From the IMG/VR virus record IMGVR_UViG_3300035497_000279, positions 1 through 64,000 of that record: a stretch of 64,000 nt of DNA; one strand, written 5' to 3'. Made by a program: the position numbers and the translations under genes. This document shows, piece after piece, positions 57,933-64,000 of this stretch (its first letter is position 1; every line of letters starts with the position of its first letter). Under the pieces are notes generated by a model. That model did not search any database and was not told the DNA's origin. It saw only the letters and a program-made list of their open reading frames with translations. The stretch comes from a virus (taxonomy: Duplodnaviria > Caudoviricetes).

Positions 57933-59456
57933 ATGAATGATAATAAAATTCAAGCAATGATAGAATCGTTTAAATCATCCAATTTAACTGAATCACAGTC
58001 GGTATCAAAATATAAATTCCCAGGAATGTATTGTCCATACTTTACTCCTAATGAAGTTGCTTCTTATACAGGGTATTATTCAGATCATATAGATGAAGAA
58101 TGTGTTTCTTTATATGAGGAAGCTATCAATATAAATACACATCATACTCCAGATCATGCATTTCAAAAATCTTGGAATTCTAAGGTAGGGGAATTACATG
58201 ATAAACTTAAAAATACTGAAGATCAGGATGAAATAGATCAGATCAAACAAGACATGATTTCTTTAGGATGGAATCCAGAGATAGAATATAATACTGAGAA
58301 TCAGATTATGGCTAAAAAGAGATTTGAAAATATAATGAATGAGATGTATAATAGGGTATTTATTTCTAATATCACACCATTAGTTGAATCTTTTAATGAT
58401 GAATACATAGAGGAATCTACTTCATCTAAAAAGAAATTATTCCCTGTTCATATAGTTTTAGTTAGAGGTTGTTCACCATTATCTAAACTAATTACTAGTG
58501 TGACTCCTGGAGAGTTTTCTCATTCTGCTATATCTTTAGATAATAAACTTGAAAAGTTATATAGCTATAACTTTGATAATAAGTTTAATTTTGGTGGTGG
58601 ATTCTCATTAGAATCTATTAAAGAATATCCTAAAGAAAATAGATTAGCTGTATATACTGTATTTGTTACAGAGAATGCTTATAAGAAGATTTCAGATAAT
58701 ATTCAATATCTTCTTGGAGATATTAAAAATACAACGTATTCTATTGTAAATCTTATTACGTTTCCTATAAAGAATATTAATATAAATATGGGAGAAAATA
58801 TGATTTGCTCTCAATTTGTAGATTCTATTCTTAAGTTAGCAAATACAGATTTTACTAAAAAAGATTCATCTAAAGTTTCACCTAACGAATTGAATTTTGC
58901 TTTAAGTAATAATCCTAAAGCTTATAAGATATTTGATGGTGTTGTAAAAGACTTTGATGGGAATAAAACAAATAAGTTTATTAACAAGATTTCAAAAACA
59001 GCTACCTCAGCTAACGAATCATGTAAGTATGAGAATGCTATATTTGAAGCTCGCAAAATTCCTGTAGAAGTGAGTTCAGAGGGTGATGTACTACTTACAA
59101 ATCCATTTCCTGACTATAGTGAAGAATATTTTTCATCTCATAAGTTATTATTAAATTATGAGAAGACTGGTAATATTGATGGTATGAAATATGAATTGGC
59201 TAGACTTTATTATATGAATTATACATTAGAGAAGAAGCTATATCATAATAAACTTCTACCGAAGAAAAATGAGTATATAAAGACAAGAGCTAGAATACTT
59301 AATGATTTTAATAAATATCTTAAATATGTATTAGATAAAGATAAGAAGTTTAACTTTGGTGAATATTATGAGCAATCGCCTTTCTATGCTAATACAATCG
59401 AAGTTAAAGGATCCACTATAGGACAAGTAAAAGATATAATTAAGTATATATTATAA
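57933..59456 (+). CDS. Protein with a permuted papain-like (NlpC/P60, YiiX-type) domain
   Basis: FSHSAISLD precedes ICSQFVDSIL (His before Cys), followed by VSPNEL. Confidence 0.7.
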   Translation: MNDNKIQAMIESFKSSNLTESQSVSKYKFPGMYCPYFTPNEVASYTGYYSDHIDEECVSLYEEAININTHHTPDHAFQKSWNSKVGELHDKLKNTEDQDEIDQIKQDMISLGWNPEIEYNTENQIMAKKRFENIMNEMYNRVFISNITPLVESFNDEYIEESTSSKKKLFPVHIVLVRGCSPLSKLITSVTPGEFSHSAISLDNKLEKLYSYNFDNKFNFGGGFSLESIKEYPKENRLAVYTVFVTENAYKKISDNIQYLLGDIKNTTYSIVNLITFPIKNININMGENMICSQFVDSILKLANTDFTKKDSSKVSPNELNFALSNNPKAYKIFDGVVKDFDGNKTNKFINKISKTATSANESCKYENAIFEARKIPVEVSSEGDVLLTNPFPDYSEEYFSSHKLLLNYEKTGNIDGMKYELARLYYMNYTLEKKLYHNKLLPKKNEYIKTRARILNDFNKYLKYVLDKDKKFNFGEYYEQSPFYANTIEVKGSTIGQVKDIIKYIL

Positions 59457-59548
59457 AAACGAACAAGAATCCCATACTCTTTCGAGTATGGGACCATCTT
59501 GCGGAGGACTTTTACATGAAAAAAGTAACAATTTTAACCATAACTATT
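59456..59548 (-). ncRNA. Candidate late small RNA with an anti-SD/anti-start segment
   Basis: Minus-strand AACAtttaagTA (59548-59559), then TTTTTTCATGTAAAAGTCCTCCGC, then the hairpin 59471-59492 whose T-rich tract lies on the minus strand. Confidence 0.45.
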
Positions 59549-59614
59549 ACTTAAATGTTATCAAATAAAAACAGCATTATCATTTAAGTAATACAAGTCT
59601 AAGGAGGGAAACAA

Positions 59615-60547
59615 ATGATATTAACAGGTACAAAGTATTATAAGTACGATGAAGATCAACTTCAGGTATACCGTGTAGTTAATAATAAAGACGACAAGTA
59701 TACTCTGAAAGAATTATTTGGTAAAGGTAAAAGAATTGTAGTAGAAGAAGAGAAACTCAAATCTGTATATATAAAGTTAAACAATGATGCATTCTTAAAT
59801 ATGATGATTACTGCAAGCAATGGAGTAGCTAACGAAGATATTAAAGATGTATTTGCTTGTGTTAATAAAGTCGTAGATATGCAGTTAGATAAATTAGTAC
59901 CGTGCTTGATAGTAAGGCAAAATTGTATGTCTCAATCTAAGAATGCATTTAATACTGGGATAGAAACATACGTTGGGGATTGTTTTACCAGTAAGAATAT
60001 TCAATTAGATATGAGTATGGAAGAGGTAATGGAGTATGATGAGATTAGTTATACTTATTCTGTAGCATTGTATATTGATGATACGATTAATGATATATTT
60101 GATTCTATACCACCACATATACTGGAAGAATTTAATAAAGCATTAAAAGAAATCAAATCATCAAATAAAAGTTCTTTAGTTAAAGGATATTCTCTTACAT
60201 TACAAGATTTATTTAATGACAATAACTTTATGTATAATTATAGAGATATCTTTGGCGTTGTTCAATTAGATTTCCCTATATATTTAGGCAAGAGTTCATA
60301 TAATGAAGATGGGGATATTGTATTAAATGAAAAGCAGCATAAGAAGTTAGAAGATCGTATGTATCAATATATCAATATTGTTGCAGTTCTTAAATATGAT
60401 AGAGATATAGATGTATCTAAAATTGTAAAATATGCACATATAGTTGTATCTGACAGTAATGGAGATATATATCTTATTGCTTATCAAAAGATAGGTGATT
60501 ATAAAATTGATGATGATGTATTAAATGCATTCAATTTAGTTAAATAA
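59615..60547 (+). CDS. Hypothetical protein
   Basis: SD AAGGAGG; 310 aa. Confidence 0.75.
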   Translation: MILTGTKYYKYDEDQLQVYRVVNNKDDKYTLKELFGKGKRIVVEEEKLKSVYIKLNNDAFLNMMITASNGVANEDIKDVFACVNKVVDMQLDKLVPCLIVRQNCMSQSKNAFNTGIETYVGDCFTSKNIQLDMSMEEVMEYDEISYTYSVALYIDDTINDIFDSIPPHILEEFNKALKEIKSSNKSSLVKGYSLTLQDLFNDNNFMYNYRDIFGVVQLDFPIYLGKSSYNEDGDIVLNEKQHKKLEDRMYQYINIVAVLKYDRDIDVSKIVKYAHIVVSDSNGDIYLIAYQKIGDYKIDDDVLNAFNLVK

Positions 60548-60650
60548 GAAAATATAACAGAGTAAACAAAATTATAATCGCATAATATATTGGTGTATAA
60601 CGAGTATGACAGCTCGATATATAAAAAAATTTATTAAGGAGGAACTCGAT

Positions 60651-61490
60651 ATGGAGACCTTAGAAAAATTAAACAATGTCAAAACCGTAACTACAAAAGA
60701 TGGTGAGAAAGAGCCGAAGATGATCGGTAACTTACCGGAGAACTCAGTATTTGAGTTTGAGCCTACCCCATTTGATAAGGTAGGTGAGTTCACAAGAACA
60801 ACAAACAAAAAGCTCTGCATGTTAATCAAAGCAAAGTTCTCACAAACATTTCATGATCTTCGCGGTGTGATGATTCATTTTCGCGGTGGTCAGTTTATCA
60901 CTGAGTTTTACTTTGAGCAGAATGCAGATCCGTTAAAGCCGGGACAGATCCATAACCTTGAGAATCTTGTTACTCAGGTTAATAACAGCAAGTCATTCTT
61001 ACCTGGCCAGCAGGCTATCTCAAACAAACTTAATGGCAGAATGTTTACGCTCAATGACGAGACTAAGTTGCTGTTGTCTGATTTCATGATGGGTGGTAGA
61101 AGAGCAAACCATCCGAACGATAAAGGCAAGTGGGATAAGAATATCAAAATTGTTGACAGTCAGATTAGGGTTGGAGGAATGAATCCATTATATCCGACAA
61201 CTGCACATGAGGTATATGTGATGGTTACAGGACTTGATCTTCGCAGATTACTCAAAGGAGTTGTATACGGAGAGACAATGGTAACAGAAACCAAAACAAA
61301 TGCTGATGGCAAGACAGTCAACTTAACTGCAACAGCTTTTTATGAGCCTCGCTATATGAGACCGTTGCCTAGTGTTGATGAGTTATTTGCTATCAACGTT
61401 GATCGCTTTGATAAGGCGGCTGTAGAGAAGTCTATTATCGAGGAGAACCCAACGATTTACAATGCGCCAAATGGTGTTGCTTTCTATTAA
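60651..61490 (+). CDS. Hypothetical early protein, probably highly expressed
   Basis: SD before ATG 60651, capsid-like codon bias, own promoter and terminator. Confidence 0.75.
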   Translation: METLEKLNNVKTVTTKDGEKEPKMIGNLPENSVFEFEPTPFDKVGEFTRTTNKKLCMLIKAKFSQTFHDLRGVMIHFRGGQFITEFYFEQNADPLKPGQIHNLENLVTQVNNSKSFLPGQQAISNKLNGRMFTLNDETKLLLSDFMMGGRRANHPNDKGKWDKNIKIVDSQIRVGGMNPLYPTTAHEVYVMVTGLDLRRLLKGVVYGETMVTETKTNADGKTVNLTATAFYEPRYMRPLPSVDELFAINVDRFDKAAVEKSIIEENPTIYNAPNGVAFY

Positions 61491-61570
61491 AGTATTGGCG
61501 CGAGATATGTCGGGATGGACTTATGTCCATCTCGGCATTATTTTTATTTTTTGGAAATTGAGGTTGTATA

Positions 61571-61750
61571 ATGATTAAAGTGATATGTACTATAATTTGG
61601 GTATTAGTAATAATAGTAAACATTGTTACAATTATTAATCTTAATAAGGCTAATAAAAATTTAAAAGAAATAGAAGATTTAATGTATACTAATAGTTATT
61701 TAAATGATCTTATTAATGATTTTCATGATGATGAAAATGATGAAGAGTAA
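61571..61750 (+). CDS. Small membrane-anchored protein (not in the ORF track)
   Basis: MIKVICTIIWVLVIIVNIVTII..., 59 aa, GAGG SD. Confidence 0.55.
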   Translation: MIKVICTIIWVLVIIVNIVTIINLNKANKNLKEIEDLMYTNSYLNDLINDFHDDENDEE

Positions 61751-61810
61751 CATTTTATACTAAGCATTACTAATAAGTAATATAATAATATAAAATGGAG
61801 GAATAGAGAC

Positions 61811-62188
61811 ATGAGAGGAAATAATAATTCAGATTTTACCTATGAAATTAACAAGAAGTTTGATTTCGTATTAGAAGAAGGAGATAACACATCCATTAAT
61901 CTTCGTAAAATTTCATGGAATGGACGTCCAGAAAAACTGGATATTAGAAAGTATGTATACGAAGATGGTAAAGAGAAGATGATGAAAGGTATATCATTAT
62001 CGGATGAAGCTGCTAATGAATTAGCAAATAGATTGGTGGAGAATAATTATGGCGATACCAATAAACTTATTGATTCTATTAAAATGAGAAGTGATTTTAC
62101 CGAAGCATTAATCAGTATGCCGAATGATGAAATTTTTGATCCTGATGAGGATGAAGAATACTATGATCCTAAAGAACTTTTAGGGTAG
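61811..62188 (+). CDS. PC4/YdbC-family ssDNA-binding protein
   Basis: LRKISWNGRPEKLDIRKY...MMKGISLSDE. Confidence 0.8.
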   Translation: MRGNNNSDFTYEINKKFDFVLEEGDNTSINLRKISWNGRPEKLDIRKYVYEDGKEKMMKGISLSDEAANELANRLVENNYGDTNKLIDSIKMRSDFTEALISMPNDEIFDPDEDEEYYDPKELLG

Positions 62189-62201
62189 AGAGGAGTATAT
62201 A

Positions 62202-62483
62202 ATGCTAAAGAGAGAAATTATTCCAAGAAGCAAACCTGCAAAAATAGAAAAAATATATGCTGATACTACACCATCTGCAAACAAAGATAAAATGGTTAAT
62301 ACTGTAACAACACAGTCTACATCTAAAGAGAGTAATAGTGTTAGTCTTAATGCTGTTGGTGTGGAGGTAGCAACAGATTGTATGATTTGCTCCAACCCAT
62401 TTATGCAAGATTGGCAGCACCCAGAATATAATATTTGTCCATCTTGTAGGGAGAAACTTAGAAATATTATAAACGGAGTGTGA
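62202..62483 (+). CDS. Small zinc-finger protein
   Basis: CMIC...ICPSC. Confidence 0.7.
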   Translation: MLKREIIPRSKPAKIEKIYADTTPSANKDKMVNTVTTQSTSKESNSVSLNAVGVEVATDCMICSNPFMQDWQHPEYNICPSCREKLRNIINGV

Positions 62484-62488
62484 TATTC

Positions 62489-63544
62489 ATGTCTTACGAT
62501 GCTAAAGTTAATTTAGAATCTCTATTATATAGTAATTATATAAAATATGATAGATTAAAACTTCTAATAGATTCTATACCATATGATATAGAATCAAATA
62601 AAGTGGATATTTATATAGACGTTTATGATATGCTAAAACCTATATATACAAGAGATGTGTATGCTGAAAAGAAATTTCTTATAGTATCTCAAGTAATAAA
62701 TTTAGCAGCACATATGAGAGGATTCTTCTGGACTAGATACGGTATTGCTACAAGAATATATCTAGTCTATGGAGAAGATATTACAACAAACCATCGTAAA
62801 TTCTATCAGTCATTTGGAAATGATAAATTCAAAGATACTGTAGATTTTGATAGGAATAATGCTGTTGTAAATTCTCAATTAGACATGGTTAGGTTATTGT
62901 GTGCTTATATACATGGAGTATATTTTATTAGAAGATCAACCAATTTTTCTATGTTTACTTACGATAATATAAGCAAGAATCAACCAATACCGTCTATCAT
63001 AATAACCAAAGATAAATATGCTTATCAGATACCAGCACTATTAGATAACGTATATTTATTAAGACCAAGAAAAACTGCTAGTGGCGATGAATCTTATATT
63101 ATATATAAGAGAGTAGCATTAATATCATTCTTTAATAAACTATCTGAAGCTTCAATAAAGAATTTGTCATTAATAAACCCAGAGTTATTGAGTTTATTAA
63201 TAGCTCTAACAGGATTTCCGTCTTATAATTTGAAGACAGTATGTAATATAACTACTGCATCAAAGATGGTTATTAATGGTATAAACACTAATAGGATTAT
63301 AAATGCTTATAATACTGATATTGATTATGTATATAATCAATTATCTATAGATAGGCGTATGGATAGTACAACTTTCAAATTCAGATTTAATGCTGTAGAT
63401 TTAGTGTATCAGCATAGGTTATATAATTCTAGTGCTGAAGCTAGAGATATATCATGGATTATAGATCTTGAAGACAAGTTTACTATACAAAGAATCAATA
63501 ATCAATATTTTATTGATAATTCATTGGACCTAAACAATTTATAG
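62489..63544 (+). CDS. Hypothetical protein, possibly a PIN/5'-3' exonuclease fold
   Basis: IYIDV, IYLVY, HRKFY, IIITKD pattern; weak. Confidence 0.45.
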   Translation: MSYDAKVNLESLLYSNYIKYDRLKLLIDSIPYDIESNKVDIYIDVYDMLKPIYTRDVYAEKKFLIVSQVINLAAHMRGFFWTRYGIATRIYLVYGEDITTNHRKFYQSFGNDKFKDTVDFDRNNAVVNSQLDMVRLLCAYIHGVYFIRRSTNFSMFTYDNISKNQPIPSIIITKDKYAYQIPALLDNVYLLRPRKTASGDESYIIYKRVALISFFNKLSEASIKNLSLINPELLSLLIALTGFPSYNLKTVCNITTASKMVINGINTNRIINAYNTDIDYVYNQLSIDRRMDSTTFKFRFNAVDLVYQHRLYNSSAEARDISWIIDLEDKFTIQRINNQYFIDNSLDLNNL

Positions 63545-63560
63545 TGGAGGTAGTAGCGAT

Positions 63561-63878
63561 ATGATTAAATTTAAATATACATTGCCGAGAGAACTATTAC
63601 CATTGATCAGACAGGTTGTCGTCGATTATACAGACGATTTCATGTATGGCTGTATGAATGAGGGCTTGGTAGGGCAGTTAAAGCACTGTACATTATTCTT
63701 AGTATGTGAATACGAAGAAATAAACAGTCAGCAAGTATACAGAAACCCAGTGGTAGTAGTAGCTCGTAATGATAGTGCTGCGGTAGAAACTTATAATGAA
63801 ATGACCAATAAGATTGGATTCATTCTTCACCGTATCACAGAAGATTGTTCAACTCTTACTGTTGAACCAGTAGATTAA
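63561..63878 (+). CDS. Hypothetical protein
   Basis: SD GGAGG. Confidence 0.7.
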   Translation: MIKFKYTLPRELLPLIRQVVVDYTDDFMYGCMNEGLVGQLKHCTLFLVCEYEEINSQQVYRNPVVVVARNDSAAVETYNEMTNKIGFILHRITEDCSTLTVEPVD

Positions 63879-63893
63879 AATGGAGGATTATTA

Positions 63894-64000
63894 ATGATTC
63901 AATATTTAGTTTCTCAACAAACCAGCATATTAACAATTGATGATATCAATCTTGTTAATTTTATTAAAAGGACTGATGATAATAAGTCAAAAAATTATAC
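63894..64000 (+). CDS. 5' end of a gene leaving the window (partial)
   Basis: GGAGG SD, ATG 63894, open to the window end. Confidence 0.55.
   Translation, partial: MIQYLVSQQTSILTIDDINLVNFIKRTDDNKSKNY

Noticed and set aside
1-64000. Genome-wide stop-codon reassignment (TAG or TGA)
   Set aside because: Long genes are intact in the standard code, and both TAG (3962, 11390) and TGA (8159, 12815) end genes right before an SD or terminator; only two isolated internal stops were seen
1-64000. tRNA or rRNA genes
   Set aside because: No cloverleaf or T-arm signature recognised in the intergenic regions by eye

Overview
AT-rich, gene-dense segment of a jumbo myophage of the AR9/PBS1/phiKZ-related type. 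Strong AAGGAGG Shine-Dalgarno (SD) sites point to a Firmicutes host (inference). It carries a head module (neck proteins, T4 gp21-type prohead protease, acidic scaffold-like protein, major capsid protein), baseplate-like genes, a GroEL-like chaperonin and a DnaG-like primase. Two transcription genes are each split by a related group I intron: an RNA polymerase beta'-like subunit with the ADFDGD motif (ORF-less intron) and a probable sigma-like subunit (intron with an HNH homing endonuclease). Two promoter classes are readable: AAC(A/T)-N6-TA before structural genes and TATATTATA before accessory genes. The most notable candidates are: a 1.6k-aa late protein that looks like a protease-cleavable string of enzyme domains; a ~90-nt late antisense-type small RNA carrying an anti-SD/anti-start sequence; a small protein that copies the capsid C-terminal tail; a sigma4-alphaCTD fusion; repeated toxin/immunity-like gene pairs; and a probable -1 frameshift in a baseplate-hub gene. 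All family calls come from motif recognition by eye, with no database search.
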